Positions 36,858 to 47,983 of a stretch of DNA of 64,000 nucleotides are shown in pieces. Below the pieces are notes generated by a model. The model searched no databases, was not told where the DNA came from, and saw only the letters and a list, made by a program, of their open reading frames with translations. A program made the position numbers and the translations under genes. The stretch lies in assembly GCA_977018835.1 (NCBI GenBank), contig OZ361258.1:3100001-3164000 (forward strand), given 5' to 3'. Position 1 is the first letter of the stretch. Each line of letters starts with the position of its first letter. Source of the stretch: Minutocellus sp. GHC0000111. Lineage: Eukaryota.

Positions 36858-39317
36858 CTACCGCTTTGCACCCCACGCCCCCGGAGTACCAGCCGCAGCG
36901 CTCGCACTTTTCTTCATACCTCCCAGCGTTGGGAATTCATCGGCTTGAGGTGGTGCTTGCGGCGGTGAAAATTGCTTCCGACCATGTCGAGGGCTGATGG
37001 GCATACTGTGTGACCTCCAATCGGGCGCCCGAAGAGCTGGGCGTCGGGAGGGTGGCGGGTCGGCGTTGGCCGTATCGGGCTTAAATGTACTTGCCCCGGC
37101 TCGGAGAGAGCTTCCCTGAGGTTGCTGCTGTGGTGGCAGCGCCCTCGCAGCCCACGATCCTGGCTTGGGTTGAGGAGAAGACTGCGTCATCGGTCGCGCC
37201 AATGGCGGCGGTGGAGGCTGTCGCCGTACCGGAGGCTGACTATTCCACCCCGACAAACCGACTGGTCGTACAGGCTGTGGCGGAGGATTACCCGTGCTCC
37301 TCGGTGGATTCTTGACGGGCTTCTTCACAGTCTCCCAAGTAGGAGTAGGAGGCTTCGCGACCTTGGGCGTTGGCGCTTGGGCAGGAGGTAGGGTCATGGT
37401 AGGCGGTGATGCCGTCGACATGACCTTCTTCTCCTCCGGAGATGGGTGTGCAGGGCGGTGTGGTCGCAGAGATACTGGGGGTTTGGGCGCAGCAGCTTTT
37501 GCAGTCTCAACTCTTTCTTGCTCAGCTGGCTCGGCCGGCAATGGCACCGTCGTATCATCGTTCGTAGCCGATGCAGGTTCCACAGCCGAAGTTGGACCCG
37601 CAGCTTCCTCCTTGGCAACCTGCGAAGCCGCTTGAGATGTCGCTTCGGAAGTCACCGATGCCGCATCTTCGGCGGCCTTCTTTTTCTTCTTCTTGCGAGG
37701 CGGCCGCTTCTTCTTGGCTGGTTGAGGAGGTTCGGCATTGGCTTGCTCTCCGATATCATCTCCAAAGGCACTCGAGGCACACTCTGACGCCGAGTAGGCA
37801 TCCAAGTCTGGGGCATTCCAATAATCTTCCTCCTCGTTCTCCCCGCGATCAGGCAAAGCAAAATCATCATGGACAAACGAGAACCCTTTGAACATATCAC
37901 TCTCGATATGCCGAGGCTTGAAGGTGGCCTTGTTCATCTCCTTGACGGACCTGGGAATTGTCATTTTGGTGAATTCATCATGAAAATGCTTGAGATCTTC
38001 GTCATTCTCCACCTCAAATCGTTCGGGTGGTTCAATCTCCTTCCTCTCCAACTTGACCCAATCCAACCCATCAAAGAATGGCTGCTGCTTCAATCCAGCG
38101 ATGCCACCGACCTCAAACATGGTGGACTTGGCCGCACCCAATCTCTTTTGCGTATCTCGATTCAACAGCCCCTTGAGGATCTTGCACGCCGAGGCCGAGG
38201 CGCCATCGGGCATCTTGACGCGCTGATTCATAATCATACGAAACAGTTCTTTCGATCCCTTGCGCGTTTCAAAGGGTGGTTTGCCAGCCAATATCTCGTA
38301 CGTGATGCAACCCAAAGACCAAAAGTCGGCCGCCTTGTCATATCCCTTGCGCGCAATCATCTCCGGTGCCATGTACTCCTGAGTACCACAAACGGTGTAG
38401 GCCCGTCCATCCTCATGCGTGAAGCCCTCCTCGGACGTATCCTTGGCCAAGCCAAAATCAGTAATGCAAATATGGCCGTCCTTTGATAGCAGAATGTTTT
38501 CGGGCTTCAAATCACCTGTGGAAAGTATGAATCGAGCACGAAGCAATGAGAATATGATGATGGCATAAAAATGGCCACAATTCAAAAACATATTTTCACC
38601 ACACGCATCAAATAACTTACGATGAAGTACGCCACGGTTGTGCAAATGTTCCAACGCCAGCACAATCTCGGCGACATAAAACGCAGCCGTTCTCTCGCGA
38701 AAGATGCCCTCCCGTCCCAACCTCAAGAACAATTCCCCACCGCTCAAAAAGTCCATGACGATGAACACCTTTTCCCGCGTCTGAAAGCTGCATCTCATGT
38801 TGACGATGAAGGGATGGTGGCATTTGGTCAGTATGTCGCGTTCGGCTTGGATGTTTTCGACGTACGATGTTTTGCGTCGCAGGAGGCGTTTGCTAATGAC
38901 CTTCATGGCCAGAATTTCCCCCGACGCCTTGTTGCGGCACTGCAGGACCTTGCCGAAGGCGCCCATACCGATTACTTTGAGGAGTTCAAAATCCCTGGGG
39001 GTGGCCCACCGTCCTCTGGTCGGGGGCGCATCGGGCGTATCGGCAGGAGAAGATATGGTCAATTTCTCCAACAATTCCTCACGGGATCTCTCCACAGTTG
39101 CATCCAACTCAGGAGAAGCTGTGGCGGCCGCATCATCGGCTTGAAGCGGTGCGGCGGCGGCATCGTTTGGTGCTGGTTCATCAGGGACGGTCACGACTTC
39201 GCCGCCATGATCCAGCGATTGAGCCGACGCCGAAAAAGCCGCAAAGTCGGCATCCTGCGACAGTGGGAGGGCCGCGGGGGCAGGTGGTGGCGAGTCTTCG
39301 GTTGCTGGAGTCGCCAT
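36858..39317 (-). CDS. AGC-family kinase, ribosomal protein S6 kinase (p70 S6K-like)
   Basis: FELLKVIGMGAFGKV, AMKV, HR|DLKPEN (in-frame intron 38516-38620), DFG, CGTQEYMAPE and hydrophobic motif FKGFSF. Confidence 0.9.
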   Translation of the reverse strand: MATPATEDSPPPAPAALPLSQDADFAAFSASAQSLDHGGEVVTVPDEPAPNDAAAAPLQADDAAATASPELDATVERSREELLEKLTISSPADTPDAPPTRGRWATPRDFELLKVIGMGAFGKVLQCRNKASGEILAMKVISKRLLRRKTSYVENIQAERDILTKCHHPFIVNMRCSFQTREKVFIVMDFLSGGELFLRLGREGIFRERTAAFYVAEIVLALEHLHNRGVLHRKLFDACGENMFLNCGHFYAIIIFSLLRARFILSTGDLKPENILLSKDGHICITDFGLAKDTSEEGFTHEDGRAYTVCGTQEYMAPEMIARKGYDKAADFWSLGCITYEILAGKPPFETRKGSKELFRMIMNQRVKMPDGASASACKILKGLLNRDTQKRLGAAKSTMFEVGGIAGLKQQPFFDGLDWVKLERKEIEPPERFEVENDEDLKHFHDEFTKMTIPRSVKEMNKATFKPRHIESDMFKGFSFVHDDFALPDRGENEEEDYWNAPDLDAYSASECASSAFGDDIGEQANAEPPQPAKKKRPPRKKKKKKAAEDAASVTSEATSQAASQVAKEEAAGPTSAVEPASATNDDTTVPLPAEPAEQERVETAKAAAPKPPVSLRPHRPAHPSPEEKKVMSTASPPTMTLPPAQAPTPKVAKPPTPTWETVKKPVKNPPRSTGNPPPQPVRPVGLSGWNSQPPVRRQPPPPPLARPMTQSSPQPKPGSWAARALPPQQQPQGSSLRAGASTFKPDTANADPPPSRRPALRAPDWRSHSMPISPRHGRKQFSPPQAPPQADEFPTLGGMKKSASAAAGTPGAWGAKR

Positions 39318-39594
39318 GGTCTGGTGGAGATTCGATTCAACCAGGCGGATGGAAAATGACGGGCGGCGGCGGGGCGTCGACGCACTTGGGGTTTTGATCC
39401 CGATTTTTTGCAGCAAGAGGGAGGAGCCGGGCTGAAGCACAACATTGGTATGTTGACTTCTTCTCGAAAACCAGCTGGCAGTTGTTCTGAATAACGCAGT
39501 CACATCCGGGGACGTATTTCATTTGGAAGGATAGCAGGGATCGAGGCATTTGGCGTATCTTTTTCGAAACTTTGCCAAAGTGGTGGCACATATC

Positions 39595-40908
39595 ATGTCG
39601 GATAATAACAATAACAATTCCGCGAACCAGAACGGTTCCTCGAAGAAGCGCAAGGCCGATGGGACGGGTCCAAGTCCTCGAGGAAAGAAGCTGACGAATG
39701 ATTTGCTGGCGACCTTGGAAAATCCCGATCTATGCGATGTTACGCTGATTGGTTCTGATGGTGGGCGTGTACCGGCCATTCGCGTGTATTTATCAGCTCG
39801 GTCAGAGGTCTTCCAACACTTATTGGTCGGCCAGTTCAAAGAGGCCAGCGAAGAGGAGGTTCATATGGACTATCCTTCGCCAGTGCTCAAGGCGTTGGTC
39901 CATTACTGCTGTACTGATGATGTGGCAGCATTGGATGCCTTGGACTCAGACCTCCTCGAGAGAATGAACTTGGCCGCGAAGCTTTGCGCGGCGGCGGACT
40001 ACTATGGCCTCGACCCGCTCAAAGAAAAGACGTTCGAAGAGATTAAGAAAACCATTCAAGAAACAAAAGAGGACGAAAGAGGAGCTTGCATTTGCCTCCT
40101 CTTTGAGGTTTTTATGCATTTGCCATCTTTGAAACATTTCTTGGGCACTGTATTAGTTTGGATTTGGGGTCAGCCCAGCACTTGCTTACTGGTGGGCAAC
40201 CGCCCGGGAGTAGCTTTCCTCAGTGCTACAAGTCTGCTTGCGCTATCTCATAAGGAACGTTTCCACCCTTTTGCGTGGATACTCTTCTGTGCCATCAAAC
40301 TTTGGATGGCGCAAGAAGAAAGCCCTGGTCTAGCTCTGGAGGACAGACGTCTTCAAGTCGCAAAAAAGTGTGCCTCTATGTTGGAACTTCGCATGATATC
40401 ACCGACTGATCTTGTCGGGCCTGTGAGTGAGTCAGGCTTAGTTGATCCGTCTCGAATTCTGCAAACACTCCAGGTGCAAAGCAAGGGTGGATTCATCGCT
40501 TTGTGCGGTGCTGGGATTCCTGGTGGCAATGGCATTTATGAGGAGGTTGCTCATATCAACCAGGGCTTCGAAGCAGTTGAAGAAGGCGACCCATCTCGTT
40601 ATTCCACACGCAAACGGTTCGACAAAAGAGGATTACTCAATGAGACAGAAGTGACATTTTCGGTTCTCTCTTTCGAAGCTATCAGTGGTCGGCGTGTTTG
40701 GGCTGTAATGGCCCCGCCAGAAGGAGCAGGGAGCATCCTTGCCAGCGAAGGCGTCAAATTATACCAGAATAACAGATGTTTATACCAATCGACGACTGGG
40801 ATGACGAATGATGGGATGAAATTTTGTGTTCCAGGTGGTGCCGATGAAATTTCAGGAGGAACCCGACCGCCCAAAATGTTGAGCGGGAAAACCCTTTTCC
40901 AGTGTTGA
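39595..40908 (+). CDS. BTB/POZ-domain protein
   Basis: CDVTLIGSDGGRVPAIRVYLSARSEVFQHLL..QFKEA, LVHYCCTD and AADYYGL. Confidence 0.85.
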   Translation: MSDNNNNNSANQNGSSKKRKADGTGPSPRGKKLTNDLLATLENPDLCDVTLIGSDGGRVPAIRVYLSARSEVFQHLLVGQFKEASEEEVHMDYPSPVLKALVHYCCTDDVAALDALDSDLLERMNLAAKLCAAADYYGLDPLKEKTFEEIKKTIQETKEDERGACICLLFEVFMHLPSLKHFLGTVLVWIWGQPSTCLLVGNRPGVAFLSATSLLALSHKERFHPFAWILFCAIKLWMAQEESPGLALEDRRLQVAKKCASMLELRMISPTDLVGPVSESGLVDPSRILQTLQVQSKGGFIALCGAGIPGGNGIYEEVAHINQGFEAVEEGDPSRYSTRKRFDKRGLLNETEVTFSVLSFEAISGRRVWAVMAPPEGAGSILASEGVKLYQNNRCLYQSTTGMTNDGMKFCVPGGADEISGGTRPPKMLSGKTLFQC

Positions 40909-41450
40909 TTCATATTTAGTTCCTGGCGATGGCAGTCTGCCCTAAACAAGATTTTACATCATTCTCATCGCGCTTGTGTCTGTGCGCCTCAAAGAGAACG
41001 TTGGAGAAAGTAGACTGGTTGCTATCACCCTTCTCACAACTCAATTGATTAATTTAGCATTGAAGAAGTCATTCCAACACCAGTTCGCCTGCCTTTCTCA
41101 TCTAGCTAGACTACGAAGCTAGTAGCTGTACGCTGAATCCAGCGAATCGGTACCTACGCCGGATGGAGCTACCTAGGTAGTAGAGTACATAGCCAAACGT
41201 GATGTCGGCGCCTGATGGCACCGACATACAATGGAATATTTCACCGCGGAGCGATCAAATTGTCCAAGAGACTAAACGCTTTCCCAAAATGATTATCGGT
41301 CCGAGGCTCTCCACAGAGCAATGCATCCCTCCAGACGCATTTTGATCATTACATACGTTGCCGTGAAATGAGTTTGATGCCCTTTTTTGTTGAAAAGTGT
41401 ACCCTTTGTGTTATTTATGGGAAGATTAGATCTAATTGTAAGCAAATGCA

Positions 41451-42893
41451 TCACCTGCACTTGTGCTCCTCAAAAGGAACGTTAGGAAATGTAGGTTGGC
41501 TCCTATCTGTGCACTTCAAAGAGCTAAAAAGATTCGTCTCATAGAAATCGTTCGAACACCAGATCGCCTGCCGTTCATCTAGGCCATGTGACTGGTCAAT
41601 GAGTCGAATAACCGAACCTCCCAGTTCCTCAAACATGGTGCAGGCAATATTCGTTTCTCCCCGCTCGCTGACCAACGCGGCGCCAACACCGCCATCATGA
41701 AGTAGCTTATACAACATTTCCATTGTTTGCTTTGTCGTACAGTATATCATCACGCAACTGATAATACAAAGATCGAGCTCCCCTGGATCCAGACCTAAAG
41801 CCACCAACGGATCGGTGCTGTCATCAGTAATATCGTACTGCACGAAACGAAACCCCAGCTTTTCGGCACATGGTCTCCAAGCCTCACAGAAGTCCATGCA
41901 GATAAGCTCCAATGTAATATCAGGGCATTTCTCCTTGAAAAAGAGCCGGGCAGCCAGCAGTTCATACCCTGGTCCGCCGCCAACAGCAGCTATTCTGATT
42001 GTGCCTGATGCTTTCTCATAAATGCGATCAAATGTACCGATTGCATCTGCTCGTTCCAGCAGTGCCCATATTTCTGTAAATCTCTGAATGGACTTCATCC
42101 GTAGATACATCCTCTGCAATCCCGGATGGCTGTACTCCTCTGTGCTCCATGTAACGCCCTTGGTTCGAAGAGTTGGTTTGTGAGCATACAGTCCCTTGCC
42201 GATTCGCACTATAACGTCGGGCGAGTATGGTCTACCAGTTTCAGGGGCACTGTCTGCTTCTTCCTCTATTCGTTGCCGATTCAACTCCAATAATGCTGCG
42301 TTTTCATTCATCAGTGTTTGTAAAAGCTCATATCCCTTCTCACCGCAGTAGAATGGATATTTCTTATCGCGATCCTGATAGTAGGTGCATCTTTTCTCTC
42401 CGGTCTCTTCGTCCTCCACAAGTGGCCCAATCCACGTGGAAATATCTTCATCTTCTTTGTTGTCGGCATTCCTGTGTCGATTGTACCTGCCACTGGCGGC
42501 TCGTTCACTAGCTTCGACCGCATCTCTCTCAATTCTAGCCCGCCGTTCTTCATACGACATGGAGGGTCCTCGGCGATATCCAACACGACCAGTGTCACTA
42601 CTACGCCCATATGCTGAACGGCTGCTATTGTGAGAAGTGGACAGATTCACATTGCCCCATCGAGACGACGCTGATGGGGATGCAGCACCCCTGCCGGCAT
42701 ATGAGTTCTGCCGACTATCGTCATCGTTCTGCCATCGCGAGGAGGTGCCCTGGTCACGACCGCGTGGCGGCTGGCGTCTGCGATCTGCATTATCATCGTG
42801 CCAATGTCGGCTGTTACCACCGTCGCCTCTGCTTCTGTGCCCACCGCCACGCTTCTCCTGGGCGTCCAGCAGGTCGGCAAGGGAGCGGCCCAT
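41451..42893 (-). CDS. Class I SAM-dependent methyltransferase-like protein with an R/G/S-rich N-terminus
   Basis: IAAVGGGPGYEL (motif I), LICMD and FVQYDI. Confidence 0.65.
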   Translation of the reverse strand: MGRSLADLLDAQEKRGGGHRSRGDGGNSRHWHDDNADRRRQPPRGRDQGTSSRWQNDDDSRQNSYAGRGAASPSASSRWGNVNLSTSHNSSRSAYGRSSDTGRVGYRRGPSMSYEERRARIERDAVEASERAASGRYNRHRNADNKEDEDISTWIGPLVEDEETGEKRCTYYQDRDKKYPFYCGEKGYELLQTLMNENAALLELNRQRIEEEADSAPETGRPYSPDVIVRIGKGLYAHKPTLRTKGVTWSTEEYSHPGLQRMYLRMKSIQRFTEIWALLERADAIGTFDRIYEKASGTIRIAAVGGGPGYELLAARLFFKEKCPDITLELICMDFCEAWRPCAEKLGFRFVQYDITDDSTDPLVALGLDPGELDLCIISCVMIYCTTKQTMEMLYKLLHDGGVGAALVSERGETNIACTMFEELGGSVIRLIDQSHGLDERQAIWCSNDFYETNLFSSLKCTDRSQPTFPNVPFEEHKCR

Positions 42894-43084
42894 TGTTGAA
42901 GATGCGATGGGGGTTCGGCCGTCGATTCTGCAACTCCTTCGATTGCCATTCGCGTTTTTTTGAGCTCATATCCTGATCATCGAGCGATGGTAAAGTCAAT
43001 AGCAATAAATGAGGGCCGCGGCAGCAGTTGCCAGAAAGCAAGCGGTAGTCCCTAGGTAGGTGTCGCACTTGCCCGTGGCGTACC

Positions 43085-44195
43085 ATGAGTGTGATCAAAC
43101 TCTTCTCCTCCACCAGAGGCATCGGAATCTTTCTCGAAGTAGTATTATTGGCTGTCGTGGCATTAGCTAACGCTGCAACCGCATCGTCGCCAGCACCGCC
43201 TCTACTTTCAGATGCCACCGCCCGGCCATGGCTCGAGGGCCAAAGCACCCCGCTGCCATTGCTGTCCAAGAAGCGGGTATCACGCGACACAGTTCGTTAC
43301 ACCTTCTCGACCAATTCGAATGGAACGACTAGTAAATCATCGTCGGACATAACGCTCGGGATACCAATCTGCTCGTGTCTGTTGGTATCCCCGCCCGACG
43401 ACGAAACACTGACCAGACCGTACACTCCAATTTCGTCGCGACATGCCAGGGGGCATTTCGAATTGTTGGTGAAGCATTATCCCAACGGGGCCATGGGAAA
43501 TTGCTTTGACAAATTAAAAAAGGGAGACTGCATGCTGTTTCGACAAATACCCAAGAACATCAAGGAATTGGTACGTGCGTACGTGTATCATGGACAACGA
43601 AAGAATATTAAATACATGCCGACTCAATCATCATCTCCATTCGCTTGACTATCGAATCTTACAATTATTTTCACTTTCCCTCTCCACCTCAGTATCCATT
43701 CGGGAAACCCAAAACAATAATCATGCTGGCGGCTGGTACGGGCATTACGCCAATGTATCAGGCCCTGCAGAGATTATTCGGTTCTGATGAGGATGATGAC
43801 GAGGGAAGCGATATCAATGTTATTTTGTTGTACGGGAGTCGAACCAAGAAGGACATATACCTTCGAAAGGAGCTAAGCGGCCTAGCCAAGCGTTCGGGGA
43901 ACAGATTGAAAGTTGTTCATGCACTGTCGGATGGAAAGGCCAGAGCCAGAATGAGCACGAGATTGTTGTGGATGGTGTGATCAACAAGGGAGTCATTGCC
44001 CTCATGACGCACGAAGAGATCTTTCGACGTGGCACCGATAGCAGTGGAAGGAGGCAGGACTGCAAGGTATGGGTCTGCGGGCCGCCTGGATTTTACAATG
44101 ACCTATGCGGTCCGAGGGAAGATGACGGTCCTCTGCCGTATGGGTGTGCTTTGAGAGAATTGGGATTCCGAGCAGAGGATGTTCTCAAGTTTTAG
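43085..44195 (+). CDS. NADH-cytochrome b5 reductase
   Basis: RPYTP, FELLVKHYPNG.M, MLAAGTGITPMYQ and VWVCGPPGF. Intron ~43571-43692. Frameshift at ~43938. Confidence 0.9.
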
Positions 44196-44356
44196 GCAAC
44201 GAAGTACGGTGCAATTTGTTGCGAGGACGGACTCCTATAAATGAATGTAGGAATTATAGATCTACATGTGTTGGTTGTCTGCCTTTAGATCTACGTGTAG
44301 ATCTATTGCACCAGCAGCAAATAAGTTGCTACCGGTACTGCTTGTGTACTTACGGT

Positions 44357-44457
44357 GCAATTGTGCTATGACTTTTGGAAAAGGTGTTCAAACGAATTCC
44401 TAACACAAGCAATTGTGCTATGACTTTTGGAAAAGGTGTTCAAACGAATTCCTAACA
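44357..44457. repeat. 49-bp tandem duplication (period 52)
   Basis: gcaattgtgctatgacttttggaaaaggtgttcaaacgaattcctaaca occurs twice. Confidence 0.9.
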
Positions 44458-45084
44458 TAGAGGTCCCATACAATGTCTTTACGAATAGCGGTTCTCAAAA
44501 TTCACACCACAGTCAAAGAGTGCTGACGACGCGATCAACGAAGAAAACATGCATGTCCCTCCCGTCGAGCCTCGTCTCGATGCCCTCGGCCTACTACTAC
44601 TACTGTCGGCGCCGCACCTGCTTGACGTTTCACAACTGATGACGGATGGAACGATGCCAACGGTTGCCATTTTATGGAACAAAGCGAGAATTATCGGATG
44701 AGCAATTTCAATGCAGAATAAATCAGGACGGCAATAGTATCTGTGTTATGCTCGGATTGGCCTTGTCAATCAATCGTCTTTCTTTTTTTCCAAGAGGCCA
44801 ATAACATCTACGTACTACGTAGTACGTACGCACAAGAATTCCTAAATTTATCACCACGCCCAAGGCCCTTCCTTGCCAACTCTCAGAAACCATCTCATGC
44901 GAGGGATAAATGTTGGCATGTTTGAGACAGACGGTCGTGGCTGTTCTCACCTCCCAATGCCCATAAAAAGTCTTTCTCGAAGCGAGCGGATGGTGCTTTG
45001 TGTTATCAGCGCAGCATTTATGGTTCTTGAAGCATCGATACACCTTATATTTATACAATTGATTGTGCTGCCAAGCATTATTAG

Positions 45085-46401
45085 ATGAACATGGACGTGC
45101 CGGTCGTTATCAAGTGCGAGCGGGTGGTCCGCCGATCGAGCAAATCGAGCATTAATCAGGGACGGCGCAACTCGACCGGGCCGGGAATTGTTGAGGCCAA
45201 GTCCAAAAGGAGACCGTCGGACGGGTCTGCTGGTAGAAGACCGTCTGCAACTCGATCCGACACCTTCCGGTCCCTCCAAAACTTTTTGAGTGAAGGTCCG
45301 GTGCCTCAAGATGGATCGGATTCGACCCGAAGCCGGAAATTGTCGGGCCACAACAACAACAATATAAAGGCAACTTCAAGAACGTCAGCCACCTCGGTCA
45401 TTATTGGTGACGAATTCGACGGCCTGGATATGACTCCATCTGTCCTCGAAGAATCTCTTCGGGTGACGCAAGATTCCAAGCCCGCACCGACCCAAGGACG
45501 CCGCCACTCGCACCACGGTAGCGGACGAAGCGAGAGGAGCCACAGCTTTGACGATTACTTTGTCCCCACGAATCTGAACAAGACAAAAGCACCCCTGGAC
45601 GGCGAGCACAGTTGCTCGCACAGCGCCGACGAGATTTCCGACATTATCGCAGATTACTACGAAGAGGGCAACGAAGATGGCGAGCCATCTCTCGCTTTCA
45701 TGTCGGAATCGTTTCGGGCTGCAAAAACCGCCGTATCTACCAACAACAACAACAAGGTCCGTCGGGGGTCCAGAGATGCTTCGACTTCGTCTTCGAGAGC
45801 ACCTGCTCCGGCATCGAACAGAAGGCGTTCCTACCACGGGGCTGAACGTCGGGGCTCTCTCACCTTGAGACCTGGAGTGAGCCGACGATCGTCAGATCCT
45901 GGTATGGCATCTTCCAGTGATATCTTTAGTGGAATACTTGGCACATTCACCGGCAGACTTGCCGAGGAATTGAACGTTCAAGCTCCGTCGCAAGATGACA
46001 ACAAATCCGACGTTCAAGACGAGGACGACGATCCTTCTGCGAGCAAATGCACCGGGGATGACTCAACGGCTCTTCATGATATCATCGAAGGTCTGGAAGA
46101 GGCCGCCGAGGCGGGGCGGTCCAGCATCCAAGTGCTGACGAGCGAAAATCGCATGCTCAAGGAGGCCAACAAGCAGCTCGTTCTCGACATGGAGCAGCAG
46201 GACAAGGCCCGACGGGAGGAGATTGCAAGTCTCAAGGCCGAGCTCAAGGCCTTGAACAAGAGGAATATTTCCCTCAGCAAAGTCTCCGAGGCCAAGGACA
46301 AGGCAGTCGAGAAGCTCACCAAGGACCTCGAGAAGCGCGACGCTACCATATCCGCCCTCCAAGATGTCGTCACTGCCCTCCGGAAGAAAATTGGATACTG
46401 A
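45085..46401 (+). CDS. Hypothetical protein, S/R-rich with a C-terminal coiled coil
   Basis: 438-aa ATG ORF with a heptad-rich C-terminus. Confidence 0.7.
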   Translation: MNMDVPVVIKCERVVRRSSKSSINQGRRNSTGPGIVEAKSKRRPSDGSAGRRPSATRSDTFRSLQNFLSEGPVPQDGSDSTRSRKLSGHNNNNIKATSRTSATSVIIGDEFDGLDMTPSVLEESLRVTQDSKPAPTQGRRHSHHGSGRSERSHSFDDYFVPTNLNKTKAPLDGEHSCSHSADEISDIIADYYEEGNEDGEPSLAFMSESFRAAKTAVSTNNNNKVRRGSRDASTSSSRAPAPASNRRRSYHGAERRGSLTLRPGVSRRSSDPGMASSSDIFSGILGTFTGRLAEELNVQAPSQDDNKSDVQDEDDDPSASKCTGDDSTALHDIIEGLEEAAEAGRSSIQVLTSENRMLKEANKQLVLDMEQQDKARREEIASLKAELKALNKRNISLSKVSEAKDKAVEKLTKDLEKRDATISALQDVVTALRKKIGY

Positions 46402-46633
46402 GGGGTGCCTTGTTTTTGGTTGGCCTAATGTGGTTTTAGTCAGGGGGCACACACGCATTACCGGTAGATCTACTTTTATGTATTTATATGATTATATCAA
46501 CTAAGGCTAAATTCCCTTCGTGCCCTTGAAATTTGAGGCAGTTGTGTTGTTCGTCAGATCAATTTCATTCTGATCTTGACACACTGCTCTGATTGCACCG
46601 ATTTCAGCGAAAGCACGGTGAAAGTAGCGCATC

Positions 46634-47592
46634 ATGCATGTCTACAATCTGGCCCTCTCGTTGGCGGTCGCATCGGCGACGATATCGTCGTCGAATGCCA
46701 GCGACAAGGCATCGGCAGGAGTGGTCCAGCTCGATATGGCCGGCGATGCGCCAGTACTTGATGTGCTAAGGACGAATGCCGTCAGAAAGCTAGGCAAATC
46801 GGGCAAATCGTCCAAGTCATCCAAGTCGAATAAATCCTCAAAATCATCCAAGTCGACGAAGTCCACAAAAGGAAGCAAGGGTGGTGATTCGAGCAAAAAT
46901 GCAAGAAGAGTAAGAAGAGTAAGAAAAACAAGAAGACAAACCGGGCCAACAATACTGGCAACACTGCAAAGCGAGAGCCGGTCATCATCAACAAGGCTGA
47001 TAACAGCGAAACTGATGGTGGCGGCGTCATCTTGAACAGGGCTGCTGCAACTCCCAGCCCGACAGAGGCACCTTCCAAGACTCCTACGGTGCCACCAAGT
47101 GCTAGTCCTACGGAACACCCTACATCAAGTCCAACAGAGACGGATGTCGCAGCCGATTACCAGCCATTTGAACAGGCGGACTGGAGCATGGTTGATCCAG
47201 GTCTAGATTCGGGCAAATCCAAGAATCCAGTGGGAGTCGATTCCTACACATTCACTACTTTTGCACCAACGTTCAAGCCAACGAATACGCCGTCCATTCC
47301 CCCATCCGAGTCTCCCGTTGCCAGCCCGAAGACAGAACTCAATGCCAACACGTATCAATGCTTCTATGAGCAGGGCGTCAAGATCTGCTTCACGTACAAT
47401 GACGATGAGACATGCGAGATGTCCGTCGAGAATAAGGAGTGCAGCTGCTGTTTGTACACCAACATCAACCATCCTGTCATCTCTTCCTTTGACTGTACTA
47501 ATCTTGGAAGTGAATGGGGCGGTATGGGGCCTTGTCTTGCAGCAGATACTAGAGCAGCAGAGCTTCATTTCCCAAGCGAAGATAGCATTTGA
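46634..47592 (+). CDS. Secreted silaffin-like protein (RXL site, KxxK lysine cluster, P/T-rich repeats, Cys-rich C-terminus)
   Basis: Signal peptide, VRKL-GKSGKSSKSSKSNKSSKSSKSTKSTKGSKG and TPSPTEAPS repeats. Restoring one A at ~46895 joins the two ORFs. Confidence 0.7.
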
Positions 47593-47983
47593 GGCCCAAA
47601 AATGAGAATGTAAAAGAATGAAAGCTGGATTTGTTGTTGCAGTACAGATATCCGAGATGCCTCTTGGGAAAGATTCCTGGGCGAGTCTCTACTTGGGCTA
47701 TCTACATTGGCATTCAGACTATTTGTACCACAGCAGCAACGTGGATGTATGACTTAAAGAAAATTGGAGACGAAGCGAAGACACACAAAACGAAGAAGAA
47801 TAACAGAGAAAGATGGTCAGCGAAAATTAACGATAACGAAAATTCGACGCTGAGTGCACGAAGAAGAAAAACAATTTTGGGCGAAACCTCCTAACAAGAA
47901 TCGCATGATTCATAATTCAAATAGACACTCAGAAATAATAGACCGAAAGATCGAATACTATCTCCCACTATGTTATATCGATT

